From an uncultured Actinomycetes bacterium (GTDB taxonomy: Bacteria; Actinomycetota; JAICYB01), in contig CAZLKN010000001.1 of NCBI GenBank assembly GCA_964560135.1, positions 30,061 through 94,060 on the forward strand: a stretch of 64,000 bases of DNA, given 5' to 3'. The translations under genes and the position numbers were made by a program. Below are positions 9,096 to 18,474 of this stretch, in pieces. Under the pieces are notes generated by a model. That model was not told where the DNA came from and searched no databases. It saw only the letters and a list, made by a program, of their open reading frames with translations. Within the stretch, counting starts at the first letter, position 1, and every line of letters starts with the position of its first letter.

Positions 9096-10271
9096 ATGCG
9101 GCTCGACAACGACACGATCCTCGAGCTGTGCCGGCTCCAGGATCCGGTCGGGGTCATCTCGATCTACGTCGGCACGACCCCGGAGCGACAGACCGGCTAT
9201 CAGCCCCAGTGGGTTCTGGCGATTCGCAACCAGATCCGCGAGCTCCGCGCCCGCGTCAAGGAAGAGGGCCCTCGGGAACGGTGGGTGGCGGTCCACGAGC
9301 GTCTCGACGGGTTGAACTCGGAGCTCGAAGGCCTCCTGGACCCCAAGCTGCGTGGTCGGGGACGCGCGCTGTTCATCCCCGTGTCCTCCGCGGACGTCTA
9401 CAGCATCGTCCTGCAGATGCCGCTGCCCGACACCGTCGTTCTGGAGAAGCGCGCGTTCGTCCGTCCGTTGGTGGTCGCGATGGACGAAGGGCGCGCGGCG
9501 GGCGTGGTCTTCGTGGACCGCTCCGGTCTGCGCCTGCTCGAATGGCGGTTCGGCGAGGTCGAGGAGATCTCGGAGCATCCCTTCGTGGACGAGTCCAGCG
9601 AGTGGCGCGAGATGAAGGGCCCGGCACAGACCAATCCCGCCCTGGACCAGCAGGCATCCGTGCAGCGGGACACCTTCGAGGACCGCCTCGACGAGCACCG
9701 GGCGAAGTTCGTCAAGCAGGTCGCGGTGGAGGTGCAGAAGGAGGTATCCGCGCGATCGTGGGACCGGCTGGTGGTCGCCGGTGAGGCACGCCTCGCGCAG
9801 CCGTTCGCGGACGTGGTCCGGGTCAACGGGTTGGAGATCCTGCGGACGGATCATGATCTGCGGCATGCCGGTTCCCACGAGGTGGACGAAGCCGTCGCGC
9901 CGTTGCTGACCGAGTCCCAGCGTCGCCTCGAGCTGTCCCTCGTGGAGCGGGCGAAGGAGCTGGGTCTGTCCGGACGGCAGGGCGCCCTCGGGCTGTCCGA
10001 CACGCTGGGGGCGCTCGGCGAGGGCCGCGTGCAGCACCTGCTCTACGACGACAGCCGGGATTTCACCGGGTTCCATACCTCCGACGGACGTCTGTTCCAC
10101 GACGCCGACGGGAACGCACCCTCGCGTGCGGAGCTGGAGCCCGAACCGCACCTGACCGAGCGGATGATCGAGCGCACGTTGGAAACGGGGGGGCGTGTGA
10201 CGCCCGTCGAGGGACCGGCGGCGGAGGCGCTGGAACCGCACGGCGGGGTCGCCGCGATCCTGCGGTGGTGA
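9096..10271 (+). CDS. Bacterial eRF1/Pelota/Vms1-like protein (putative Vms1/Ankzf1-family peptidyl-tRNA hydrolase or baeRF-type rescue factor).
   Basis: The N-terminus (LDNDTILELCRLQDPVGVISIYV) resembles that of Vms1-like bacterial proteins. There is a central RNaseH-like block (AAGVVFVDRSGLRLLEW) followed by a GxxQ-type loop (KGPAQTN, nt 9618-9629). The C-terminal GALGLSDTLGALGEGRVQHLLYD matches the eRF1/Pelota domain-3 pattern. Alternative in-frame starts are GTG at 9072 and 9090. Confidence 0.5.
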   Translation: MRLDNDTILELCRLQDPVGVISIYVGTTPERQTGYQPQWVLAIRNQIRELRARVKEEGPRERWVAVHERLDGLNSELEGLLDPKLRGRGRALFIPVSSADVYSIVLQMPLPDTVVLEKRAFVRPLVVAMDEGRAAGVVFVDRSGLRLLEWRFGEVEEISEHPFVDESSEWREMKGPAQTNPALDQQASVQRDTFEDRLDEHRAKFVKQVAVEVQKEVSARSWDRLVVAGEARLAQPFADVVRVNGLEILRTDHDLRHAGSHEVDEAVAPLLTESQRRLELSLVERAKELGLSGRQGALGLSDTLGALGEGRVQHLLYDDSRDFTGFHTSDGRLFHDADGNAPSRAELEPEPHLTERMIERTLETGGRVTPVEGPAAEALEPHGGVAAILRW

Positions 10272-10747
10272 CCAACGGTTCACCCGGGGCTCCACGTCGG
10301 CTGCTGCGGAGCCGTTCCGACCGGCTCATCGCGGGGGTCTGCGGGGGTCTCGGCCACTACCTCGGGATCGACCCGGTCTGGGTCCGCGTAGCCACGATCC
10401 TCATCATCCTCCTGCCCGGCATCGGCATCGTCGCCGTGGGCATCGCCTACCTCGTGGGGGTCGTGGTGGTTCCGGAGGAGCAGGCACCCGAACCACTCCC
10501 GCAGGGCGGGACGGCGTCCGCGGCGGCGGCACACCACACGCAGGCCCCTCCGCCACCGTCCCCGTCGCGGCCACCCGATGACGGACGCGACCAGGGCCGG
10601 CTCCTCGTCGGCGGGTTCCTGGTCGCCCTGGGAACGGTGTTGCTGGCCCGGATCTACCTGCCCGAGATCTTCACCGTCGCGGTGATCGGCCCCATCGTGT
10701 TGATCGCGCTGGGGGTGCTGGTCGTCGCGCAGGGGCTCCGGCGATGA
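10265..10747 (+). CDS. PspC-domain membrane protein (phage-shock / envelope-stress family).
   Basis: The PspC domain motif is RLLRSRSDRLIAGVCGGLGHYLGIDPVWVRV, followed by a transmembrane helix and a Pro-rich tail. The GTG start overlaps the stop of the upstream eRF1-like gene. Confidence 0.8.
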   Translation: MVTNGSPGAPRRLLRSRSDRLIAGVCGGLGHYLGIDPVWVRVATILIILLPGIGIVAVGIAYLVGVVVVPEEQAPEPLPQGGTASAAAAHHTQAPPPPSPSRPPDDGRDQGRLLVGGFLVALGTVLLARIYLPEIFTVAVIGPIVLIALGVLVVAQGLRR

Positions 10748-11436
10748 GATCGGGACGGCTGATCGTCGGATCGTTCCTCGTGGTCGCCGGCGTCGCCTGG
10801 CTCATGGATTCGCTGGGGCTCGTCGCACTCTCCGCCGGTATGGTGCTTTCGGTCGGGTTGATCCTCGTCGGGGTGGCGTTGCTCGTCACATCCGCCCGGC
10901 CCGGCGGCCACGGAGGGTTGATCATCCTCGGCGTGATCCTGACCCTGGTGCTCGGTCTGGGCACGACGGTGCGTGACCGGGCTGATGCCGCGCTGTTCCG
11001 CGGTGGGATCGGTGACCGGGTGGAGCGGCCCAGCACCCGCGCGGAGGCGCAACGCACCTTCGAGCTCGGCGCAGGCAACCTCAGACTCGACTTGACGGCT
11101 CTGGGCGCGACCCGCTCGCCGATCCGCGTCCGGGCCCGCGTGGGCACCGGCGAGCTGACGGTTGTCGTGCCCTCGCATGCGGCCGTCCGGATCACCTCGC
11201 ACGTGCAGGTGGGCCGCATCACGGTGTTCGGGCAGGAGCGTGGGTCGGGGCTCGACGTGACCGACACCTTCAGGGGAGGTGACGGCGGTCCCGTGCGGCT
11301 CAACCTCGACCTGCGCGCCGGCGCTGGTCGCATCGTGGTCGACGGCCGGCCGACACCGGACGCTCCGCCGGAGCCCTACAGGCGGGCACCGTCAGAACCC
11401 CGGGTCGGGCCGATCGAGGAGCCCTCCGATGCCTGA
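10744..11436 (+). CDS. LiaF-like / DUF2154-type 'toast-rack' membrane protein (cell-envelope stress module).
   Basis: The protein has two N-terminal transmembrane helices, then a beta-rich C-terminal domain (GAGNLRLDLTALG...VRARVGTGELTVVVPSHAAVRITSHVQVGRITVFG). It overlaps pspC as ATGA. Confidence 0.65.
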   Translation: MRSGRLIVGSFLVVAGVAWLMDSLGLVALSAGMVLSVGLILVGVALLVTSARPGGHGGLIILGVILTLVLGLGTTVRDRADAALFRGGIGDRVERPSTRAEAQRTFELGAGNLRLDLTALGATRSPIRVRARVGTGELTVVVPSHAAVRITSHVQVGRITVFGQERGSGLDVTDTFRGGDGGPVRLNLDLRAGAGRIVVDGRPTPDAPPEPYRRAPSEPRVGPIEEPSDA

Positions 11437-11671
11437 GCACGGCGTAGACGTGACCGCCGCGGTCTCCGGGGCGTTGTTCGTGGTCCTGGGCGGGCTGTTC
11501 CTCCTCGACCAGCTCGACGTGATCGTGGTGGCTCCGAGGCTCGTCTGGCCGCTGCTGCTGATCGGACTCGGAATCGCCGTCCTCGCCGGAAGCCGGCGCT
11601 CCCGCGGCGACGCCCCGGCGGAGGACGGCGACTCCCCAGCCGGGACCGACGACCCGCCGCTCGCCCCGTAG
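11429..11671 (+). CDS. Small two-TM membrane protein (80 aa), third gene of the PspC module.
   Basis: The sequence is MPEHGVDVTAAVSGALFVVLGGLFLLDQ...LLIGLGIAVLAG. It overlaps the upstream gene by 8 nt and is immediately followed by the next ATG. Confidence 0.5.
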   Translation: MPEHGVDVTAAVSGALFVVLGGLFLLDQLDVIVVAPRLVWPLLLIGLGIAVLAGSRRSRGDAPAEDGDSPAGTDDPPLAP

Positions 11672-12718
11672 ATGCTGCGCGTCGGGCTGGCGGGGTGCGG
11701 GTTCATCGGACGCGTGCACGCATGGGCGCTGTGGGCGCTGCGCCGGTCGAGCCTCGTGGACGCCGCCCTGGTGGCGGTGTTCGACCACGACCCCGAGCGC
11801 GCGGATCAGCTCGCGGCTCCACACGAGGCACGGACGGTCTCCAGCTCTGAGGCCCTGTGCGACGCGGTCGATGTCGTGTACGTGTGCACCCCCACGGCAG
11901 AGCACGCCGCGATCGTGGACGTTGCGGTCTCGCGGGGACTGGCGATCTTCTGCGAGAAGCCGTTGGCGACCGACCTCGCGGGGGCCGAACGGATCGCTAC
12001 GGCGCTCCGGCGGGTTCCGCACCAGGTCGGACTCGTGCTCAGGGCCGCTCCCGTCTTCCGGCGCCTGAACGAGGTGCTGGCCTCCGGTGTGTACGGCCGG
12101 GTGATGACGCTGCACCTGCGGGACGACCAGTTCTTCCCGACCCAGGGCCACTACGCCTCGTCGTGGCGGGCACAGGTGGACGTCGCCGGCGGCGGAACGC
12201 TGATCGAGCATTCGATCCACGACCTCGACCTGTTCCGCTGGCTGCTCGGCGATCCCGAGGAGATCTCTTGCCGTACGGCCTCCTTCTTCGGGCATCCGGG
12301 CATCGAGGATCTCGCTGTGGCCACGCTCACCTACCCTGGTGGCGTCATCGCCGGCCTCACCAGCGTCTGGCACCAGGTCCTCACGCGCCCGTCGACCCGG
12401 CGGCTCGAGGTGTTCTCCGAGCAGGCCCTGATCTGGACGGACGACGACTACACGGGACCGCTGCACATCGAAACCTCGGACGGGAGCGAGACGCTGGCGT
12501 GCCCGCCGGAGCCCTGGGTGGACCAGCTTCCCGTTCCCGAAGGTGTCCGCCGGCCACTCGGTCACTACGCGCAGGCCACCAAGGCCTTCCTGGAACGCAT
12601 CCACGGGACGGCGTCCTCGGCGTCGCTCGCGGGGGCCGAGGACGCCCTAGCCGCGCACCGGCTGGTGGCCGAGGCGTACCGGTCCGCGCTGGATGGTGGC
12701 CGGCCGCTGCGCCTGTAG
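11672..12718 (+). CDS. Gfo/Idh/MocA family NAD(P)-dependent oxidoreductase.
   Basis: The N-terminal Rossmann motif is MLRVGLAGCGFIGRVHA, and EKPLA is present. The protein is 348 aa. Confidence 0.8.
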   Translation: MLRVGLAGCGFIGRVHAWALWALRRSSLVDAALVAVFDHDPERADQLAAPHEARTVSSSEALCDAVDVVYVCTPTAEHAAIVDVAVSRGLAIFCEKPLATDLAGAERIATALRRVPHQVGLVLRAAPVFRRLNEVLASGVYGRVMTLHLRDDQFFPTQGHYASSWRAQVDVAGGGTLIEHSIHDLDLFRWLLGDPEEISCRTASFFGHPGIEDLAVATLTYPGGVIAGLTSVWHQVLTRPSTRRLEVFSEQALIWTDDDYTGPLHIETSDGSETLACPPEPWVDQLPVPEGVRRPLGHYAQATKAFLERIHGTASSASLAGAEDALAAHRLVAEAYRSALDGGRPLRL

Positions 12719-15250
12719 CTCCGCGTGTGGGCTGCGCTGCGATATGCCGATCCCCCAGGGGCAGCGGTCGAGCCACTCCATGAACTCTTCGGCGGGAAGC
12801 GGCCGGCAGATGTGGAATCCCTGGGCGAGATCGCAGCTCGTGAGCTCCATCAGACGGTCCAGCGTCTCTCGGGTCTCGACGCCTTCGACGACCGTCCGCA
12901 GCCCGAGGTTGTGACTGAGGTCCACGATCGATCGCACGATGGTGGCGTCGTTCTCGTCGTCGGCCATCCCGGCAACGAACGACCGGTCGATCTTGATCTC
13001 GTGGATGGGCATCCTCCGGAGGTGGGAGAGCGATGAGTATCCCGTACCGAAGTCGTCCACGCTCAGTCTGACGCCGGTCTCACCCAGCCGGTCCAGGAGC
13101 TCGACGGTCTCCCGGCGCCCGTCCATGAGCTCCGTCTCGGTGATCTCGAGTGTCAGGCGGTCGACGGGGAGGTTCGTCCCATCGAGTTGTTCCTGGACCC
13201 AGACGGGGAAGTTCGGATCGGAGAAGCTCGCTGCAGACACGTTCACGGCCATCGACAGATCCAGACCGCTTGCGCGCCAGGCTGCGCACTGCTCGAGCGC
13301 GCGACGGATCACCCATGTCGTCAGCGGATGGATCAGTCCCGATGTGACGGCGAGCGGAAGGAACTCGCCTGGCGCCAGCAGGCCGTGCTGGGGGTGGTTC
13401 CAGCGGACGAGCGCCTCGACCCCCACGACCTGGCCCGACCGGAAGTCGATCTTGGGCTGGTAGTGGAGCGTGAGCTCGTTGCCGTTGATCGCGCGCCTGA
13501 GCTCGGACACCTCGGCCAGGCGTCTCCTGCTGTTCGGATCATCGTCGGCCGACCAGAACGCCCACCGCGTCTGCATGCGCTTCGCTGCGTACATCGCGAC
13601 GTCCGCCCGGTGCACCAGGGTCTCCGGGTCCGCAGCGTGTTCGGGGTACAGCGCGATCCCCATGCTGATCGTGGCCTGTACCTTCCGTCCGTCGATGGAG
13701 AAGGGCTGCTCGAGAACCGCCCGGATCCGGCTTGCTACGCGGATCATCTCCCCGCGGTCACCGGCGCCCGGGAGCAGGATCGCGAACTCGTCGCCGCCCA
13801 GTCTGGCCACCGTGTCCGTCTCCCGCAGCAGCTTCACCAGCCGTGCCCCCAGGTCCCGCAGGAGCTGGTCACCACCGCTGTGGCCGAGGGTGTCGTTGAC
13901 GTCCTTGAACCGGTCGACGTCGAGGATGAAGATGGCTAGGCGGCTGCCGTCACGGCGTGCAAGCGCCAGACCGTGCTCCATGCGTTCGTAGAGCAGCGTC
14001 CGGTTGGCCAGACCGGTCAGCGGGTCGTGTAGCGCTTGGTGGCGGAGCGTCGCCTCGGCCTGCTTGCGGTCGGTCACGTCGTCGAAGGCGAGGCCGACGC
14101 ACCGGTCGGGCAGGGGAAACAGCTTCACGGAGAACCGACGCGCGTTGCCCGCGGCATCGTCGAGCCGGACATCGTCCACGTGGATGCAGCTGTTCGACCT
14201 CACGACACGGGACCCGATGGACGGCAACCCGCGACGGCAGAGGTCCTCGAAGATCTCGTGGACACGGCGCCCGACGACGTCGGCCGGGGCCCTTCCGCTC
14301 AACTCCGACGCCGCCGGGTTGAGTGCGACGAGCCGGAAGCTCTCCTGATCGTCGGGATCGTCCAACTGCCAGACGTGCAGGCCCACCTGCATGTTCTCGA
14401 AGATGTCGGCGTACTGACGGATCCTCTCCTGCGCCTGCTTGCGGGCCGTGACATCGACCATCTCGCCGCGCAGCCAGATCACGGAGCCGTCGGGTGCGAG
14501 ATCCACCTTCATGCTGTCCTCGAGCCACAGAACGGACCCGTCGGCGGCGATCATCCGGTACTCCACGGTCTGGTCGTACCCCTGCTCCATGGCGTCGAGG
14601 AACGCCTGGGCGGTGGGGACCAGGTCGCTGGGATGGATCTGGTCGAGCCAGAACCGGGGGTCTCCGAGCCAGGCCTCGGGAGGATGCCCGAGCAGCGACT
14701 CGATCTGCCGGCTCACGAAGGTGATGTGACGGGTCGCGGGATCAGCTTCCCAGACCACGGCGTCAAGGCCGTCGACGAGGTTTGCGTAGCGCCGCCGGAC
14801 GGAACGCTCGCGTTCGGCGATGGCGCCGATCGTGACGATGACCGTCGGAGCGCAGATCAGATACGCCACGATGCCCGGCAGGGCGCTGTCCTGTCCCTGG
14901 ATGACGGCGGCGAGAGCGAACCCCTGCACGGCAGCGACGGCGGTGGCGGCGACGGTCCGCCGGTCGATCAGGACGGTCATCAGCGCGAGATCGGCGAGGG
15001 ACGCGAGGAGGACCGGCGTCCAGACGGCAGGGAAGAGCACGACCACGCCGATCGCCATCGCTTGGTCGATGAAGGCTGTGACCGCCGGGAGCCGTCCGAG
15101 GCGCCTGGCCCACAGGTGCATCAGGAGGTCGACGGGAAGGATGACGAAGAGGCACACGGCCGCGAGCCAGCCCCGGTTCGGTCCGACCTGCGGGATCAGC
15201 CCCGCCGCCGCTCCGAGCGCGACGATCGAGATGTGGCGGCATCCGAACAC
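12647..15250 (-). CDS. Membrane-anchored PAS-PAS-GGDEF-EAL protein (diguanylate cyclase/phosphodiesterase).
   Basis: The sequence contains GGDEF (ARLGGDEF with an RETD I-site) and an EAL domain (GVEALVRW, DDFGTGYSSLSHL), preceded by PAS repeats and an N-terminal multi-TM region. The 5' end is uncertain. GTG at 15250 was chosen as the first start downstream of the neighbouring gene's stop. The longest ORF extends to 15526. Confidence 0.75.
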   Translation of the reverse strand: MFGCRHISIVALGAAAGLIPQVGPNRGWLAAVCLFVILPVDLLMHLWARRLGRLPAVTAFIDQAMAIGVVVLFPAVWTPVLLASLADLALMTVLIDRRTVAATAVAAVQGFALAAVIQGQDSALPGIVAYLICAPTVIVTIGAIAERERSVRRRYANLVDGLDAVVWEADPATRHITFVSRQIESLLGHPPEAWLGDPRFWLDQIHPSDLVPTAQAFLDAMEQGYDQTVEYRMIAADGSVLWLEDSMKVDLAPDGSVIWLRGEMVDVTARKQAQERIRQYADIFENMQVGLHVWQLDDPDDQESFRLVALNPAASELSGRAPADVVGRRVHEIFEDLCRRGLPSIGSRVVRSNSCIHVDDVRLDDAAGNARRFSVKLFPLPDRCVGLAFDDVTDRKQAEATLRHQALHDPLTGLANRTLLYERMEHGLALARRDGSRLAIFILDVDRFKDVNDTLGHSGGDQLLRDLGARLVKLLRETDTVARLGGDEFAILLPGAGDRGEMIRVASRIRAVLEQPFSIDGRKVQATISMGIALYPEHAADPETLVHRADVAMYAAKRMQTRWAFWSADDDPNSRRRLAEVSELRRAINGNELTLHYQPKIDFRSGQVVGVEALVRWNHPQHGLLAPGEFLPLAVTSGLIHPLTTWVIRRALEQCAAWRASGLDLSMAVNVSAASFSDPNFPVWVQEQLDGTNLPVDRLTLEITETELMDGRRETVELLDRLGETGVRLSVDDFGTGYSSLSHLRRMPIHEIKIDRSFVAGMADDENDATIVRSIVDLSHNLGLRTVVEGVETRETLDRLMELTSCDLAQGFHICRPLPAEEFMEWLDRCPWGIGISQRSPHAELQAQRPATIQRGPVRLGHQPVRG

Positions 15251-15435
15251 GCGTGCCCACAGATGATCGGATCCCGCTTCCCGCGGCGAACCGTTGGCGT
15301 GCAGCGGCGAACGCAGACCCACCCTGACTGTTCTCCTTCCTGCCCCCACCAGGCCGTTCGTCGGTGCACCACGGGTATCGGCACGGGCAGGCCGGACCTT
15401 TAGGGCATCGAGGACATGGCGCTCCGAAGAAGGGT

Positions 15436-17829
15436 TCAGGCCACGGTGTCGCTGTGCGTCAGCAGGCTGTCGACCTCGCTGGCCGGCAGCGGTCGGAACA
15501 GGTGGAAGCCCTGGACCACGTCGCACCCGATGCGGCGCAGGTACTGGAGCTGATCCATGGTCTCGACACCCTCGGCCACCACCTCGATACCGAGGTCCTG
15601 GGAGAGGTTGATGACGGAGCGGACGATCGCCATGTCCTCGGCGCTGTGCGTGAGGCCGGACACGAACGAGCGGTCGATCTTCAGGATGGAGAAGGGGAAG
15701 CGCTTCAGGTAGCTGAGGGACGAGTATCCGAGGCCGAAATCATCGATCGCCAGGCGCACCCCCAGCGCGTGGATCTGCTCCGTCAGCTCGAGCATCGCCA
15801 GGTCGTCCCGCATCACCACGCTCTCCGTGACCTCCAGCACCAGCGGCTGGCGCGGGCCCCCGTCGTTGAGGACGGCGGTCAGGTGGGCCATGAAGTCGTG
15901 TTGGCGCAGTTCCTTGGCCGACAGGTTCACGCAGATCGCCAGCGGCTCGTCGCCTTGTCCGTTCCAGATCTGGACCTGCCGGTAAGCCTGCTCCAGGACC
16001 CATCGACCCAGCGGGACGATCAGGCCTGTCTCCTCGGCCAGCGGGATGAACTCCGCGGGGAGCAGCCGCCCGCGTGCCGGATGTTCCCAGCGAACCAGCG
16101 CCTCGAGCCCTGCCATCCGCCCGGTCCGCAACGAGACCAGGGGCTGATACAGGAGCTCGAGTTCCCCGCCCCGGATGGCGCGTCGTAGTTCGGTCTCCAT
16201 CTCCAGACGCCGCCGGGCTCGCGCGGTCATCTCCGAGCGGTACAGCTCCACCCGGCTCCCACCGAGCTCCTTGGCCCGGTACATGGCCAGATCGGCGTCC
16301 TGGATGAAGTCCCGGTCGCGATCCGAGGCGGGACCGTAGGCGATGCCGATCGACGCCGAGACGAACACGTCCCGGCCGTCGATCGAGAAGCGGTCCTGGA
16401 GCTCCTCGCACAGCCGCATGGCTGCCAGCACCGCGCCCTGTTCGCCGTCGACGCCCTCGACGAGCACGGTGAACTCGTCGCCGCCGAAGCGGGCGATCGT
16501 GTCCGCCGGGCGCAGGCACGCGGTGAGCCGGTCCGCCACCGCTCGCAGGAGCTCGTCCCCGACGTCGTGCCCGAGGCTGTCGTTGACCTTCTTGAAGTGG
16601 TCGAGGTCGAGGAAGAGCACGGCGATAGCGCCCGGGCTCCGGGCTTTGCGCTCCAGGCAGTGGTTGAGGCGGTCGAGGAAAAGGGCGCGGTTCGGAAGCC
16701 CGGTCAGCGCGTCGTGGAAGGCCTGGTGGGTGAGCGTCTCCTCGAAGGCCCGGCGCTCGGTGAACCTGCGGGCCACGGTGAGCGCCGCGCCCGCCTGGAG
16801 GGCGAGCAGCTCGAGACACTCCACCTCGTCGGCCGAGACGATCCGGTCGTTCCGGGTCCCTGCGACCAGAACCGCCACCAGCTCACCCGCGGACCAGATC
16901 GGGGTCGCGATGACCGTCCGGTAGCCGAGCTCGCGGATCGCCGGGATGCCCTTGTGCCATGCCGCATAGTCACCGACCACCACCGTCATCTGCCGTCGGT
17001 AGGCGAGGCCCGCGATCCCCGTGTCGAACGGATGATCGGCGGCATAGCCTTCAGGGAGGCCGCGGGGATGCATCACGCGATACCTGGCGCTGCGCTCGTC
17101 GAACAGACAGATCTCGGTGCCGTCGAAGCCGATCGCCACCGTCGCCTCGGCCACCGAGTCGAGGACCTTGCCCACCTCCGGACTGGTCATGCTGCGGCTC
17201 GCCGCGGCGACGATGCCGAGGAGTTCGGCCCGGCGCTCTGAACCTTCGACGACGACGCCGTAGGCGTCCACCTGCTTGCGGAGGTTACGGGCCAGATAGC
17301 CGCTCGCGAGGGCGACGATCAGGATGATCCCGAGGCGGTAGGACACTGATTCGGGACGGAGGGTGACCGCGTCGTGGACCTGTGAGGCGGCGAACTCACG
17401 GACCGGATACAGGAACGCGATCGCGCCCCAGGTGAGCATCGCTCCGCGCAGGCCACCGCGTAGCGCGCCCTCGAGTGGCGGTATCACCAGAAGCGCCCAG
17501 AGTGCGCCGGTCGGGTCGAAGGCGAAGATCCAGGTGATCGCGAAGATGATGAGGACGTCGGCCACGAGTTCGAGGCTGCCGATCCGCTGGAGGGTCTTCG
17601 GGTCGCGGAACCGCCGCCCGTACAACGAGAGGACGTTGACGGCCGTCAGGGCGGCGGCGACGCCCAGCGCGGTCGCGAGCTTCGGGAAGGGCACCGAGAT
17701 CCCGGCGGGAGGACGGTAGAAGGTGAACTGGACGATGGCGAAGGGAACCGCCAGCCAGCGGACGCGGCGCATCGCGGCATCCGTCGACAGGAGCTCGTCT
17801 CTCAGACGGGTTCCATGTGGCGACCTCAC
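15436..17829 (-). CDS. Membrane-anchored GAF-GGDEF-EAL protein (diguanylate cyclase/phosphodiesterase).
   Basis: The protein has an N-terminal transmembrane region, a GAF-like region, GGDEF (ARFGGDEF with an RPAD I-site) and EAL ([21 protein letters not shown]). An alternative start is the Met at 17772. Confidence 0.8.
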   Translation of the reverse strand: MRSPHGTRLRDELLSTDAAMRRVRWLAVPFAIVQFTFYRPPAGISVPFPKLATALGVAAALTAVNVLSLYGRRFRDPKTLQRIGSLELVADVLIIFAITWIFAFDPTGALWALLVIPPLEGALRGGLRGAMLTWGAIAFLYPVREFAASQVHDAVTLRPESVSYRLGIILIVALASGYLARNLRKQVDAYGVVVEGSERRAELLGIVAAASRSMTSPEVGKVLDSVAEATVAIGFDGTEICLFDERSARYRVMHPRGLPEGYAADHPFDTGIAGLAYRRQMTVVVGDYAAWHKGIPAIRELGYRTVIATPIWSAGELVAVLVAGTRNDRIVSADEVECLELLALQAGAALTVARRFTERRAFEETLTHQAFHDALTGLPNRALFLDRLNHCLERKARSPGAIAVLFLDLDHFKKVNDSLGHDVGDELLRAVADRLTACLRPADTIARFGGDEFTVLVEGVDGEQGAVLAAMRLCEELQDRFSIDGRDVFVSASIGIAYGPASDRDRDFIQDADLAMYRAKELGGSRVELYRSEMTARARRRLEMETELRRAIRGGELELLYQPLVSLRTGRMAGLEALVRWEHPARGRLLPAEFIPLAEETGLIVPLGRWVLEQAYRQVQIWNGQGDEPLAICVNLSAKELRQHDFMAHLTAVLNDGGPRQPLVLEVTESVVMRDDLAMLELTEQIHALGVRLAIDDFGLGYSSLSYLKRFPFSILKIDRSFVSGLTHSAEDMAIVRSVINLSQDLGIEVVAEGVETMDQLQYLRRIGCDVVQGFHLFRPLPASEVDSLLTHSDTVA

Positions 17830-17961
17830 CGGCTCCCCCGTTCCTGGTCGACGTCGACTTGTCCGGATATCCCATCGGAACGTCCGGATCCGGATCGCCG
17901 GTTGCTCCCCTGAACGGACATAACGGACGAACCGGGTCGCATCCCCCGGAGGCGCCTCGGA

Positions 17962-18366
17962 TCACTCGTCCTCGCCGCGCTCGAACCCGAGCGCGAGCGA
18001 GTTGATGCACCAGCGCTGACCCGTCGGTTGCGGGCCGTCGTCGAAGACGTGCCCGAGGTGCGATCCGCATCTGCGACACAGCACCTCTTTGCGGATCATC
18101 CCGTGGCTGGTGTCCTGCCGGAGCTCCACGGTCTCCTCGGAGGCGGGGGACCAGAAGCTCGGCCAGCCCGACCCCGAATCGAACTTGGCGTCCGAGGCGA
18201 AGAGCTCCGCCCCGCACGCGGCGCAGTGGTAGGTGCCCTGCTCGTGGTTGTGCAGCAGTTCGCCGCTGAACGCGGGTTCGGTGCCGTGACCGCGCAGGAT
18301 CGCGTAGCGGTCGGGCGGGAGGGTCTCCCGCCACTCCTCCTCGCTTCGTTCCACCTCGCGTGTCAT
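17962..18366 (-). CDS. msrB: Peptide-methionine (R)-S-oxide reductase MsrB.
   Basis: The 134-aa protein has the SelR motifs (CAACGAELF, GWPSFW, CRRCGSHLGHVF) and the two CxxC Zn sites. Confidence 0.9.
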   Translation of the reverse strand: MTREVERSEEEWRETLPPDRYAILRGHGTEPAFSGELLHNHEQGTYHCAACGAELFASDAKFDSGSGWPSFWSPASEETVELRQDTSHGMIRKEVLCRRCGSHLGHVFDDGPQPTGQRWCINSLALGFERGEDE

Positions 18367-18474
18367 CGCTCCTCAGCCTACCGGCCGCGCGGCGCCCAGG
18401 CGCCCTCTTGTTCGAAGATGTCCCCACGGGTATCGTTTTCCTCCGGGAGATCGGCCGAAGGGGAAGGATCCGAG

